From Azolla caroliniana (taxonomy: Eukaryota > Plantae > Polypodiophyta): DNA of 64,000 nucleotides. The stretch is from contig JBHGNT010000004.1 in NCBI GenBank assembly GCA_043228905.1, positions 22,382,001 through 22,446,000 of the forward strand, read 5' to 3'. The notes beneath the pieces were generated by a model. It saw only the letters and a program-made list of their open reading frames with translations, was not told where the DNA came from and did no database searches. A program made the translations under genes and the position numbers. Below are positions 50,137 to 62,910 of this stretch, piece by piece (position 1 is the stretch's first letter; each line of letters opens with the position of its first letter).

Positions 50137-51838
50137 ACTTGAGATTGGATTGTTGTGTTTGTATCTGCCGGTCCTCTCCTCCGGCTCTTCTTGGCGTCCT
50201 CCCACCTTGCTCGCACACCATGAGCTTCTTGGTCGGTTTGTCTGCTCCCTCGCTGTCGTGATTTTGGCGCTTCTCGACTCGCCGACTCCTTCGTGTCGGT
50301 GTCATTTCCGTTGCCCTCTTGACCTAGCCAATCAGTTCGGCTCCACCGAACCAAACATTTCGATTGAATCAAGTGCTTTCGATTCACATTGACTGTCCTT
50401 GTCCTCGATCTTCAGACCCTTCATGACATCGAACCACGTCCGTGTCTTGGTCTTCTTGGCATTGCCTCCCCTTTTTTCGATTTGCTCTGGCTCCAGCTTT
50501 CCCTTGTGATCACTCTCCTTGAGTTTAACAAGTCTCTACTTGTCCGTTCTATCTGCACATGTTCACATGTTCATCCGTCCTCAGCTTCCTCAATCGAGCC
50601 GAACATTCCGACTTCTTCAATCTGGCCGAAATCGAAATCGGCTTCCTAGACATTTTCTTTCTCGGCTCGATTCCGGAGTTCGCTTTGACCATCCCTCCCT
50701 ATTTCATTCTTTTCATTCCTCCCCCTCAAGTTCGGCAAGTCAAGGTGTTGCACACCAAGCATGCCCGAAAATTATTGCAACTTGTCAAGACCTAAGGGTT
50801 TGGTGAAGATATCGGTTGCTTGCCGATCCGTCGGAAGATACGCTAGTTCGACTTCATTGGAGAGGATACGCTCGTGGATAAAATGGTAATGCACCTCAAT
50901 ATGTTTGGTACGGGCGTGGAAGATGGGGTTCTTTGCTAATTGGATGTTGCTGAGGTTGTTGCAGTAGATCGTCGTCGGATCAGACACCTCCATCTGTAGA
51001 TCCTTTAGTAGCCTCTTGAGCCATATGGCTTTGCACGTAGCATTAGCTGCTTCTCGGTACTCGGCCTCAATGCTCGAGAGTGCAATTGTCGGTTGTTTCT
51101 TGCTGCTCCAGGCAACCACGACGCTTCTTAGAAAAAACGCGTACCCGGATGTAGACTTGCAGTCGCCGGCATTTCCGGCCCAATCAACATCCGTATAGCC
51201 AACAAGTTGTTCGACTATAACGGTCTGATACAACAATTCCATGTCCTTAGTGCCACTAACAAACCTTAGTATGTGGTGCGCGCACTGAAGGTGCTACACG
51301 GTCAGATGTGCTATGAATTGACTAATCAGTCTGATCAGATAGCTGAGGTCCGACCGAGTGATGGTCCGATATATGAGGCTTCTAATATTTGTCGGAACCT
51401 CTTCGGGTCGCATACTGTTCTGGAGTCGGGATGAAGCTTCATATTCCTTCCCAGAGGAGTAGAGACGGATTTGAACTCCGTCATCCGAACTTGAAGAGTA
51501 TACTCAACACGTCGTGAAGTTGACTTATCATTATGTCTTTCAGGGTGAGGATCACTTCGATCCCGAGGAAGTAATGAAGGTCATCAAGATCCTTCATTTT
51601 GAATGATGTCGTGAGTTTGGACTTGATATGGTCGATTTCTTCCAGGTCGGCACCGACAATGACAAGATCATCCACATAGAGCAAAATGCTCACCGGCCAA
51701 TTCAAACCCTGCCAGATGAAGAGTCCGACTTCGACGCAGAAAACCCCATCTGATGCAGTAGCTGCGTGATCTTTGTGTTCCAGGCACGCGGGGCTTGCTT
51801 CAATCTATAGAGGGACTTCCTCAGTCGGCAAACAACAG
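50137..51838 (-). mobile_element. Ty1/copia fragment (RT, RNase H and 3' region)
   Basis: LYVDDL (ORF 51481-51705), and GYTDVDWAG, SSIEAEY, HARTKHIEVHYHF, DIFTK (ORF 50772-51242). Similar to the copia at 21.5-24.3 kb. Confidence 0.9.
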
Positions 51839-51839
51839 A

Positions 51840-53774
51840 CACAAGCAATGCTCGATCAACTTGTCATCCCATTAATGACACTCTGGACGAACGGGACGAA
51901 GAGATCTGGTTAAAAACTCCTCAACCAAAGTAGAAAACCTTATCAAAACACCCTTGGCCGAAATAGATATTTAAAAAATATACAATTAAATTAATTATTA
52001 GTGTCACTGGAGTAAGTTGGTAACATTGAACTCTAAATTGTATAGTATTATATAAATATTATGAGAGATACTCACACAAGGATTTGGTGGAGGAAATTAT
52101 TTTGTTGGGTATTTGTGGCCATTAAATTAAATATGGCTATCTCTTGACTAATCGTACAAGACAATAATACAAAGCCTATAATTACAATATACACATAAAC
52201 CATAGGCAATTGCTATGTTACCAAAGGTACTAGAGAAGTCTCCCTAAACAATTGCCCTAGTTTGGAATTGATGCGTGTAGTGAATGCAATGTGTCAAGGA
52301 GCCTGGACTCTATTTTTGTAGGTACAACAATGAGAGGATGGACACGACGGCAACCACATTTGTCCAAGGAATGCTAGCCAAGAGGGAGCACGACCTTCCA
52401 ATCGTCGAAGGCATGAACTAGGTTTGCGAGTGTAATCTCCATAGTAGGCAAGGCTTAAAGGTTCCAAAAGGTTCTAAAAGGTTCTAAAAGGTTCCATAAT
52501 TTTCTTCAAAATATTCTAATGCATGTACCTCAACTCACAATATAAATGCTTGTAATCTTCGTGATCCCTATCAAGGGATTCAATGCCAATGACTGGCATA
52601 TTAATCTAGTTTCCTCGTTTTCATGCCGTATTGTCTCCTTGATCTTCATATTTTTCTTCATGCTCTCTAGTTAATCCTAGCTCCCTAAGTTCATAATCTC
52701 ATCACTAATAACTTCTACAATTCCTAGCCTCGTCAATTCCAGTTCCACATTTGTAGCCTTATCGGTCGTATCCTTGTCATATGTGCTCCGTCTTAGTCCA
52801 TGGTTGGTGTGTTGTGATAGGTTAGACCTATAGTATTCCGGTAGGCGCAATTCCCAAAACATTGTGCCCTAACGGCTTCTCCAACCGATCCAGCCCTATG
52901 GCCCTTCTTCGACTCTTAGCCGATCCTAGTAGCCGATTCGACCTTTTGGCTTCTAGCTGATCTGACTACATGTTGAGCTTGTCACTCAACAAGAATGAAC
53001 CACCCTCAATATCTATTTCTTTCTACCTACTTCTACCTTGACTTAGCACTAAGTGTTTTAATCCCTAAATCACGGGTCAGATATCCTATCATAGATTACC
53101 CTTCAACAAAAATTGTGGTCGGAGGAATGGAAATATGTTGCAAACAAATAACTAGTCAATGGTTGAATCGGCTATGCCCGAATCGTCTAAACAATGTATG
53201 GTCTAATAAGCTACAACTGAATCGTATAAGAACAATATAGCACTTAATCAAGAATGCCACCCTCAACAAAAGTAAGATGACAAGGGGTAGCCGAAATGGC
53301 TGACAACGGAAAGAGGGTAAAGCCCAACTAAAGTATAAAAGTCGAATCGAACAATTGACAAATAGTGTGAAGTCAATGATTATTAGGAGCTAGAATATTA
53401 ATAGATATGAAATGATGTAATTGAATTAAGATACGAATAACTATGATGATTGATTGTAGGGATGGATTTAGAAGCATGTCTCGATCCGATCTGGCATTGT
53501 AACCGTGCATGCTTACCTATAAAAGGGGCATGAACATTGTACTATAGGGCAGCTGTAATATACGACTTTAATATAGAGATCTTTGTGTATACAATGCCAT
53601 TTGGTTTATTGTTATATCTGTATTGGTTTTGTGATTCAGTTATTCATCCTCGTGCTAAGTATTTGTTGATTCAGATATTGTCTGTGTGTTAGTCGAATTG
53701 GCTATACCTGAATCCATTATTACATATAGCTGAATTAATCATAGCTGATCCAGTTAGTTAATTTAATTGTGGTT
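51840..53774. repeat. Probable LTR or retroelement non-coding remnants (unresolved)
   Basis: No coding signal. LTR-like TATA context CCTATAAAAGGG near 53516 and short AAAAGGTTCT repeats near 52460-52495. Lies between TE fragments. Confidence 0.35.
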
Positions 53775-53903
53775 TGTTAGATTCATTCCTCCAACCTTGC
53801 ACACATTAGTGGTGCAAGAAAAGGATTCGAACGTGTTCTCCGGATTGAAAGAGAACACTAGCAGTTCCTGCTCAGACTGTAGAAAATAAGGAAATATGGA
53901 ATG

Positions 53904-53934
<31 letters not shown>

Positions 53935-56900
53935 AGAGAAAGAGAAAGAGAAGAAGAAAACTTAATTGAATGATAGTTTCTGTCTCTCTTACAACCAACC
54001 GACCACACAGAGAGGAAATGTGGTGGTTATAGGTGCACCCTATTTTTGGGGTGCACCTTTTCATATCATAAAGTTACATTTTTATTATTTAGTTTCCTAT
54101 TTATTTATTCTACACTAATTAGTTTATTACAACATCCCCCCATAAACTAATTAATTGTGAATCGTTGTAATCCTAAATTTTCACAACAAGCTTCAAATTT
54201 GTCCGGAGGTAGAGCCTTTGTTAGAAAATCAGCCCATATATTATTTGTCGATGTAAACTCTAAGGTAAGCTTGTATTCTTCAGCCATCTCTCGTATAAAG
54301 TGATATTTTAAATCCACATGTTTTGTTTTCTCTGAGTGCTTTGGATTCTTCGTTAAGTAGATACATGATATATTGTCGCAGAAGATTTTCAATTGGAGTG
54401 GTTCACATAGTTGGAGTTCTTTTAACACTATTTGCAACCATAATCCTTCTTTAGCAGCCAATGCCACTGCTACGAATTCAGCTTCAGCAGATGAAAGTGT
54501 CACAGATTCTTGTTTTTTCGATTGCCACGTCACTGTTGCTCCTGCCATTATAAAAGAAAAACCAGCAGTAGATCTTCGAGAATCAACGTCCCCCCCCCCC
54601 CCCCCCCCCCCCCAATCCGAATCAGACCAACCAACAAGTGATTTGATTGGTCTTTTGGATTGGGATTGTTTATATGTTAATCCATAGTTAGATGTGTGTT
54701 TTAGATATCACATAACTCGTTGAAGTGATTTCCAATGCATAAGGCCGGGGTTATGCATAAAGCGCGATAGATAATTAATTGCAAAACAAAGGTTAGGACG
54801 AGTTCCTGTGACTAAATATCGAAGTTTTCCTATTAATTGTTTAAAGGGAAATTGTTGCATAAAATTAATATCTCTTTTTGTGGTTGGACCATCGGATATG
54901 CTTAAGTTACATGTTAGTGATAAGGGAGTAGGGCAAGGTTTAATGTTTAACATTCCGAAGGATTTCAAAATTTCATTAATGAATTTATTTTGATGAATGA
55001 TCAAAGTGCCCATACTACGATTACGTGTAACTTGCATGCCTAGAAAATAAGATAGGGGACCTAAATCTGTTATTGAAAATGCTTTGGAAAGTTCTAGCTT
55101 TGCTTGAGTAATTTCAGATGGTGTTCCGACTATAGGAATGTCATCCACATATAGTGCTACCACTAACAACCAATTAGATGTATGATTATGTCTAATGTAT
55201 ATATTTGGTTCTGATAACAATCTAGAATAGCCATGTGAGAGTATAAAATTGTTAAAATTTTGAAACCATAACCTAGGAGATTGTTTGAGTCCATAAAGTG
55301 ACCGATGTAACCGACACACATAGTTTGGTTGAGAGTGTGACTCAAACCCAGGAGGTTGTGACATGTAGATTTCTTCGGGTAAATCACCATGTAGAAATGC
55401 CGTTTGTACATCCAAATGATGTACCTCGAGGTCAAGAATGGTGGCCAGAGCCATTAGGAGCCGAAAAGATGCCATGCGAAGAACGGGTGAGAATGTCTCA
55501 AAATAGTAAAGTCCTTCAACTTGAGAAAAACCACGAGTGACAAGTCGAGCTTTGTAACGTGCAACAGTACCATCAGGGTTTAGTTTTTTCTTCAACACCC
55601 ATTTGCATGAAATAGGTGAGCGTCCCATTGGGAGTGGTACCAGGGTCCACGTTTTGTTGGCCTCAAGAGATTCAAGTTCTTTTCCCATGGCAACTTGCCA
55701 TTCATCAGAAATGTCTGATGTGGTTGAGGGGGAACCAAGAGCCGAAAATGCAAACTCAGGTTCAAATTGATGGTTCGCAACAAGAGTGTCTATTTTTTTG
55801 TGTGATCATAAAGATCTTGAATAGTACAAACTTTCTTTGGAGTAGATGTAGAGCTAAGTGAACTAGGTGATTTCGCAATGTCAGAACTATTTGTATGTTC
55901 TACATGTTGATTATTAGTGGAATATGAAGTATTTCTACATCCTATTTTAATTACTTTTGCATCATTGTGACCAATGGTTTTCAACTTGCCATTAAGGCAT
56001 GAGGATCGTCGTAGTGGAATAAGGAGATTTTTGATAGGATGGGAGCATGAATAATCAATATTGAAAAGAGAGATGATGATAGAAAAGAGAGAGAAGGAAG
56101 ATATAGAAACCCAAATCTACAAAGATATATTAATAAGGAGTGATGATCATAGAAACAAGAGAAAGAAGATACATAAACTCAAGCCTACAAGGATGAATTG
56201 ATCACTAGAAAAACGCACTACATGAATAGGCAAGAAAAACACCACCAGAAAAAAGCCCTCCTCACCACCTCACTCTTCTTGCTTTATATGAAGTTCTCCT
56301 CTAGTAGATAAGTTTCGCTTGCTTTCTTTTCCACGCTTTTTTTAGAGCTTTTCCATCTCCTATTCTTAGCTATGACACAACGATCTTCTAATCGTCATAT
56401 CTCCCTCATCCATGCTCCAAATTTAGAGTTTTAAAAAGCTACGGATAGCTCTCGTCATAAGCTTTCTAACCCATATTTACACGTGAGCAAGAGAGAGTTA
56501 TGAGCGTTTGTTTCTGACTGCTTTTTGGTGGTCTGCTTTTTCCTTCTTTTACTTTTCTCCATCTTTCTTGCTTTTAGTTTGACTTATACTTGAAACCTTA
56601 GCTCGTGTGCTTGGCCTTCGGGCGTGAATGCTCCATACCTTATATTTTTGTAGACTTCAATACCTTGAATTCTAAAAACACTTTCACAAATATGAGTCAG
56701 TTGTGTTCCATCTAAGAGTTTTTCTTTATGAGTGCTATGGTGATTATTAAGGCTCTTTTTACTTTGGTTGGGGTTACTGTTTAAAATTGGAGTATGTATA
56801 TCAGTTTGTTGGGATTTTTTGGTTATTAAAGGCAATAAGTTGGAGTCATTGGTTGAACTTGAGACTTGTGGGAGGACCTCTAGAGATGAGGGCATTAATG

Positions 56901-57185
56901 GAGGAGAGTTAATTGTGACATGTTGAATTTCCGAGGACATTTGTGGAGCCCGCCAAGAATTAGTAGGTGATGATATTACTTCTTTATTGGATTTAGTGTT
57001 AGACATGGTAGTCGTGTCTTGTATCTTTTCATAGCCATGATGTGAATGAGGATTAGATAACAGTTTGTCTTCATCAAATATCACTCGTCGGCTAAATATA
57101 AATCTTTTGTATTTTGGGTCATATAATCGATAACCCTTATAGCCATGAAGTTCTCCTTACCCAACAAATATTGTGCGAACTGCGT
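53775..57185 (-). mobile_element. Ty1/copia element, 3' half (integrase end, RT, RNase H, PPT, 3' LTR 54134-53775); 5' half displaced beyond nested insertions
   Basis: IFVG*..KGYRLYD at about 57120-57170, RT ORF 54708-55688 (YKARLV, HLDVQTAFL, LYVDDI), RNase H ORF 54147-54548. PPT ATGGGGGGA is directly followed by TGTTG at 54134. Confidence 0.9.
55992..56644. mobile_element. Possible solo LTR or other insertion within the copia INT-RT linker
   Basis: Non-coding block with imperfect inverted ends (TAAGGCATG ... CATACCTTA). No clean TSD seen. Confidence 0.35.
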
Positions 57186-57569
57186 TGTCGTGAAGATTTT
57201 AGGCAATAGTGTGAAAATCCCATAAAACGTACGAAATCGAGTATGAATCACATAGTACAATAATTGTGAAGATAACATTTTAAATAGATTTAATATCTAA
57301 GTACAAAATGATGGAGGTTTCGAATGCACTTTATTACACGAGAAACAGACAACTAAATGTCAAGATATGAGGGTATAAAGTTTGTGAAAGGAAAAGAGAA
57401 AATTGTGAGATATCCCACATAGGCACGACAAATACAACTCTCATCATATATAAGGTGGAGCAAAAGATATTATCTTTGTGTCTATGTGTGGAGCATAGAG
57501 AGTTCAAGGTAACTTGGACTAAGAGTGGAGGCGGGCTAGCTACTCGTAAAGGGTTTTGGCCAACCAAAA

Positions 57570-57840
57570 CCGGACCGGCGATTGAGCCGGTGATCCAACG
57601 GCATCCGGCGAGGCACCGGTAATTGACGGCATCCGGTGGCGGCACCGGTATCTGGCGACGCACCGGTAACCGACGGCATCCTATTGAGCTGGTGATCCCG
57701 CGGCAATCCGGCGACGGCACCGACATCTGGCGAGGCACCGGTAACCGACGACGGCATCCGGCGAGGCACCGGTATCCGACGACGGCACCGATAACTGACG
57801 GCATCCGGCGACGGCATTGGTAACCGACGGCATCCGGCGA
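57570..57840. repeat. GC-rich imperfect tandem array (about 28-31 bp units) inside the LTR
   Basis: Repeated CGGCATCCGGCGA(C/G)GCACCGGTAACCGA-like units. Confidence 0.88.
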
Positions 57841-57887
57841 CTAGATAAATAAATATATAAATATATATACATATTTACATATACAAG

Positions 57888-57958
57888 GAGGGCAAGTAAG
57901 GATTCGAACCTTGTACCTCCAAGTTAAGAGTCAATTGGCTTACCATTAAGCCATGTTA
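57888..57958 (-). other. tRNA-Lys(CTT)-like sequence (pseudo-tRNA or Pol III type-2 promoter) inside the LTR
   Basis: On -: TGGCTTAATGG (A box) with D-stem GGCTT/AAGCC, anticodon loop CTCTTAA and B box GGTTCGAATCC. The acceptor stem does not pair. Confidence 0.75.
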
Positions 57959-58420
57959 TTTAGTTGAAATTATATTTCTATCATTGTACTTTTACATGTA
58001 AATTCTCATACATGAGAGCTAAAATAAGTGACATGGTTATCATGCACCACATGTAATACATAAGCGCCAAATGGCAAACATTCAATTTATGCATGTCTTG
58101 TACCCTCACATGCATCATATGCATGAGAGCATCTATAAAAGAGGGAAGGGGGAGGAGAAAAAACACGGTTTTTTTTTATTATAAAATTAAGAAGAAGAAA
58201 TTCGTTATCAAATTGATGGTGTAACTTGTTTCTTAAATCCAAAGATAAAAAGTTCAATCGATCTTTCTCAATCGTTTAATCTCAACTTCTCTCTTTCCCA
58301 ATCTATCTTAAGTACTTTCTCGCCAAAGCTTGTATCGACTCTAAATCCTTCCGGTCCAGAACCTCGGTGGTTCCGCCTCACGATCCGCGCGTAGTGACGG
58401 ATCTTCACGACATAATTAAG

Positions 58421-58438
58421 TGGTGAACCCGACGTGAA
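58421..58438 (+). other. Primer-binding site complementary to tRNA-Trp
   Basis: TGGTGAACCCGACGTGAA is the reverse complement of the plant tRNA-Trp 3' end as recalled (TTCACGTCGGGTTCACCA). Confidence 0.85.
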
Positions 58439-58473
58439 CGAGGCGGTAGGAAGGATCAAGTCAAGATTAATAC

Positions 58474-60678
58474 TTGGAGATGGCGTCCTCAAGCAACCAA
58501 GCGGGAGAGCTCGAAAGGATGATGCTAATCGTCGAGCAAATGATGAGATCTCGGGACAACGATGCGAGCGTGGAGAAGGCTGTCGATCGTGTCGTAGAGC
58601 TCGAGGGCCAATTCGAAGGAAGGAACGTTACGAAGTTCCTTGATGCATATAGAAGGGAGATGAATCAAAGGGACGTGTCCGAGGCACGTCAAATCGCAAG
58701 CTTCAAGAGAGTTGTCGCCAACAACATCCAAAGACGCGTCATCGAGCTTCAAGAAGGTAAGACAACATGGTCCGAGTTCGAGAAAACGATACTAGTGGAG
58801 TTCGTGACTGAAGACTCAACGAGGATGACTCGACATGCCCTGATGAAGTGGATAGAGAAGAAAAATAAGAAGATGAGCGCCTCGAGGGTGTACGACGAAT
58901 TCGACCAGATGTTTAGTCGTCTCCCCAATACGGACCAAGTGTTGCTTGAAGAGGACAAGACTTTGTACTTCTTGAAGGCCGTGGACATAAAGGATACACG
59001 GGAGTTGGGGACTCTTCTCGAAGATGATACCCAAGCAAATGGGCTCGTAGCGGACTGGATCGGGGTGAAGCGGGCATGCAATAGGCTCGACAAGCGTCGC
59101 CAATGGGTTGATGACACCGACTTGACGGGACCGACTACCACAGAGAAAGCAAGACCGCCGAAAGTAGCTGAGCCGCCAAGACAAAGTAACGTGGAAGAAA
59201 AGAAGATTGATGACGACATCATTGAAGAGCTAGCGAAGAAGTTCGAGAAGGTTACTCTAGCCAACATGAATCGTCGGGGCCCTAAAGGAAAAGAACCCTT
59301 TAGATGCGTGTGGTGCGATAGCATGGACCACATGAGAAGGGATTGTGCGAGCCTTCGAGAGGCGATTCGACAAAATATCGTATACATAGAGGACAACATG
59401 ATCTACTCAAGCGAGACTAGAAGACCCCTAGGGGTGAATTTCGGAAGAGGAGGAATGAAGAGATCTATGGAGGATGCCGATGCGACTCATGTGGATGCGA
59501 TGCACTATGCTGCGTCGGCCGGAATAAGAGTCGGGAAAGACAAGACTGAAGCTGCTAGAGCGGGAGCAAAGTTTTGGACTTCCGTTCTCGAATATGAGAA
59601 GAAGGGAAAAATCACATTGAACGAGGTAGAGCTTGCGGACCGAAGCGTGCAAAGCATAACCGGGTGGTCGGATCCGGTGGACAACAACACCATACTCGCA
59701 GAGGTGATGTGCGACAACCACGAGGTGTTCGTCGAAGAAAAGAGAAAGAGAATAGAAGAGCAAGGGCCATCAGAAAGACATGAAACAAGGAACGCGAAAA
59801 AGAAGGACGATGCGGAGACGAGTCGACCTTTACAAACGGAGGAACGAGAATCAAGCCGAAAAGGGGAGCCGAGCATACGAGTTGAAGAAACGGTTCGGCC
59901 CGTGAAGGTTGGTGTCGAAGACCCCGCTCGGAGGACAAGGACCATACCTACCTATAAGCTAAGGTCGGACATAGAGCAGACGACGGACCTAATGAAGATT
60001 CTCGAAGAACGAGTTCTTGATAGCCACGTAACTTTGTCCTTGAGGGAATTGCTTGGCATTACGAAGAAGGAGTTCCATGACACGATCGTGGACCTTGTAA
60101 AGAGAAAGAGACAACAATCGGACGAGGAAGAAGAGAAGCCGCAAAAAGCAAAAACGAATGCCATTATGATGGCAAGAGACGAAGTCGATGAAGATATGGT
60201 GGACAACCACTATACTCGACCTCATTGGGCACGAGCGACAACGGAGACGCCGGTAAAGATCGGGGAGAAGAAAGAGACCGTGGTAGCCTAGATCGACCAC
60301 GGCTCGGAGATTAACCTCATGTCAACCGACTTCTACAAAAAAGGAAGATGGCCAATCAATACAAACCACGGATGGAAGATTCGCGCGGCAACAAAGTCTA
60401 CGGAGGATTTGTATGGAGCTTGTCCCAATGTCAAAGTCACGATCGGGGATGTGGAGATGGATCAACACTTCTTTGTACAAGAATCGGCGTCGCATCCTGT
60501 CATCCTAGGGCAACCTTATATCACATCATCTCGGATGGAGACCAAAGTGTTCGATAATGGAGCAGCCTTCGCACGAATAAAGAGTCTTGACAACCAAAGA
60601 TCGGTCCAATTCCTAACGGTGCGAGCCAATCATGAAAGGAATCGAGATAGTCTCAGAGGCGAATCCTCGGATTTTTAG
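58474..60678 (+). pseudogene. Gag-protease ORF with one in-frame stop
   Basis: Zinc knuckle CVWCDSMDHMRRDC. Protease A*IDHGSE (TAG at 60289-60291) and VILGQP. ORFs 58474-60291 and 60319-60678 share a frame. Confidence 0.85.
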
Positions 60679-62910
60679 AGCGGACTATTGAAGCATGGGG
60701 CACAAATAGTCTGAGCAATCACAAGACCCCACAAGAAAGAAGAGTGTGTGGATTGCAAGGAGAAGCAACATGTGTCACACCTAGTGGCGCATGTAAACTA
60801 GTACTACCCGACAAGAAGCACAAGCGCCGGATACAAGAATTCGGGAAGATGCTGAAAGAAGAGAACATAATAGAAGAAGGAGAGTTTGTGACTCATATTA
60901 TGGAAGAAGCCTCATTTAACGACACCATCGGCGAAATCAAGGACGTCGTGGACTTGAGCTATCTTCACAACCAACGCGTGATTTCGGTTAACTCCGTCAA
61001 CATGTACGCTATCATCGATGAATACCGTCGTGGCATCTTGATGAAGGAAGCTGACATCAACACGAAATATAGAACGGTGGATAAGAAGATCAAGCCAGTT
61101 GCGGTTCCGCTACCGGAAGATAGCTGGCAAAAGATGAAGGAAGTCGCTAACGATCCAAGCTTAAGAGATCCGAAGAAGATAGGTCATGTCTTCACCAAAG
61201 AGACGAAGGGGAAGCTACGAGTTGGAAAGGAGGATTTCCTTCTCCCTGAAGAGGAGCGAATGTTTCGCGATATGCTTGAGAGACATGGGAAGGCTTTCGC
61301 ATTCTTCCCACGAGAAATCGGATGCGCCGACCCAAAGGTTATAGAGCCGATGGTGATTTTCACGGTGCCTCATGTGCCTTGGAATTTGAAACCGATACCG
61401 GTTCTGAGAGCACACCTTCCGAAGCTGATCGAGCTCTTAAAGGAGAAGGTGAGTATGGGAATTCTAGAACCGTCGAATGCTCCTTATTCCAATAGGTGGT
61501 TCACGGTGCCGAAGAAGAATGGATCATTGCGATTCATCCAAGATCTTCAACCCGTCAACAAGGTGACAATTCGAAATGCCGAAATCGGTCCGAGCGTGGA
61601 CGAATTTGCCGAAGCGTTTGCGGGCCGGTCCATCTACTCCATTGGCGATCTCTACTCCGGATATGACCAATTCCAATTGGCGATCGACAGTCGGGACATT
61701 ACAACCATGAGGACTCCGATCGGGCTTGTGCGGATGTGTACCTTACCCCAAGGCGCAACGAACTCGGTGGCTCATATGGTGAATGCCATGAATAAAGTCT
61801 TGAAGGATTGCATTCCGGACATCACGATGCCATTCTTGGATGATATTCCGATAAAAGGATGTTCGGATGAGGAGAAAGATGAATAGAAAGATAAGGAAGG
61901 TTGTAGAAAGTTCGTTGCGGATCATATGAAAGATTGCGAGAAGGTGCTTCAAAGGCTCGAAGATGCGAATTTGACATTTTCGGGAGAAAAATCCACATTC
62001 GGGCAACCGGAGATCTTGGTGGTAGGTCACTTGTGTGGAGCATACGGCCAGAAGCCCTCACCATCCAAAGTGAACGCAATCCAAGACATGAAAGAAGAAT
62101 GCAAAAACCAAACGGAGGTTCGAAGGTTCCTTGGAGCGTGCCCGTTTTATCATATATGGATTCCTCACTACGCTCATGTCGCCGAACCGTTATATGGACT
62201 ACTAAAGAAAAGAATAAAGTTCGAATGGCGAGACGAGCACACAGAGGCGATGCGAAGATTAAAGAAACTGCTTCTTGAAGCTCTGGCACTAAGGAAGGCC
62301 GACTATGCCGAAGGGAAACCAATTTACGTGACCGTAGATACGAGCCCAACCGGAATCGGGTGGGTCATCAATCAAGAAGTTGAAGATAATGCGCGATATG
62401 CCGTCCGGTTTGGAGCAAAGGTTCTCAGCGAACGGCAACAAAGATATGCCCAAGTCAAGCGGGAACTTTGGGGTATTGTGTCGGCAGTGAAGACGGAGAA
62501 AGATTACCTGATCGGGTCAGAAGTGATAATAGAGACAGATTGTCTCCCAATTCTCGGAATGGTCTCGGGATGTGCGACCCCAAATCTTGCTATGCTAAGG
62601 TGGATCGCCTACATCAAGTCTTTAAACCCAGAGATCCGTCACATTGCAGGGAAGAAGAACGCCATGGCTGACATGCTGTCAAGGGCAAGATTTTCAAATG
62701 AAAGTAACATGGTTTCGGAAGATGAAGATGTCGCCCTTGACTTCTTCAAGATGGCTCGATTTTCGGCGGAAGACACGGACACGCAAACCCTCCACGCCTT
62801 CAACGAGAACGAGTACGAAGGAGAGTGGTTACTAATCGGTAGATTCCTAAGAACATTGACGACAGATGCTTCGTTGACAAAGGAGGAGGCCCTACGAATC
62901 TGAAAGAAAG
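60669..62910 (+). pseudogene. Pol (RT-RNase H), -1 frame, with in-frame stops; cut by an insertion at 62911
   Basis: RFIQDLQPVN, LPQGATNS, FLDD, VTVDTS, KRELWG, ETDCLP and NAMADMLSR motifs. Stops at 61884 and 62901. Confidence 0.88.

Larger units (their letters stand above)
57186..62910 (+). mobile_element. tRNA-Trp-primed non-chromoviral Ty3/gypsy element (possibly Phygy-like), inserted in copia; 3' part interrupted
   Basis: 5' LTR 57186-58412 with 12-bp inverted ends TGTCGTGAAGAT/ATCTTCACGACA. PBS at 58421-58438. Gag-PR then RT-RNase H. Confidence 0.9.

Noticed and set aside
53820-53832. B-box-like GTTCGAATCC in the copia LTR
   Set aside because: No A box at tRNA spacing was seen and it is in sense orientation, so it was not counted as a fourth cassette.
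54031-54058. 10-bp stem-loop AGGTGCACCC/GGGTGCACCT as a terminator
   Set aside because: It lies inside a eukaryotic LTR, where intrinsic terminators do not apply.
57334-57872. Arg/Pro-rich ORFs on both strands
   Set aside because: They are by-products of the GC-rich tandem array inside an LTR.
57888-57958. Functional tRNA-Lys gene
   Set aside because: The acceptor stem cannot pair and the anticodon stem is defective, so it is reported as tRNA-like only.
58525-60300. Several long antisense ORFs (for example 58749-59399, 216 aa)
   Set aside because: They are Ser/Phe/Leu-rich shadows of the purine-rich gag strand with no recognisable domains.
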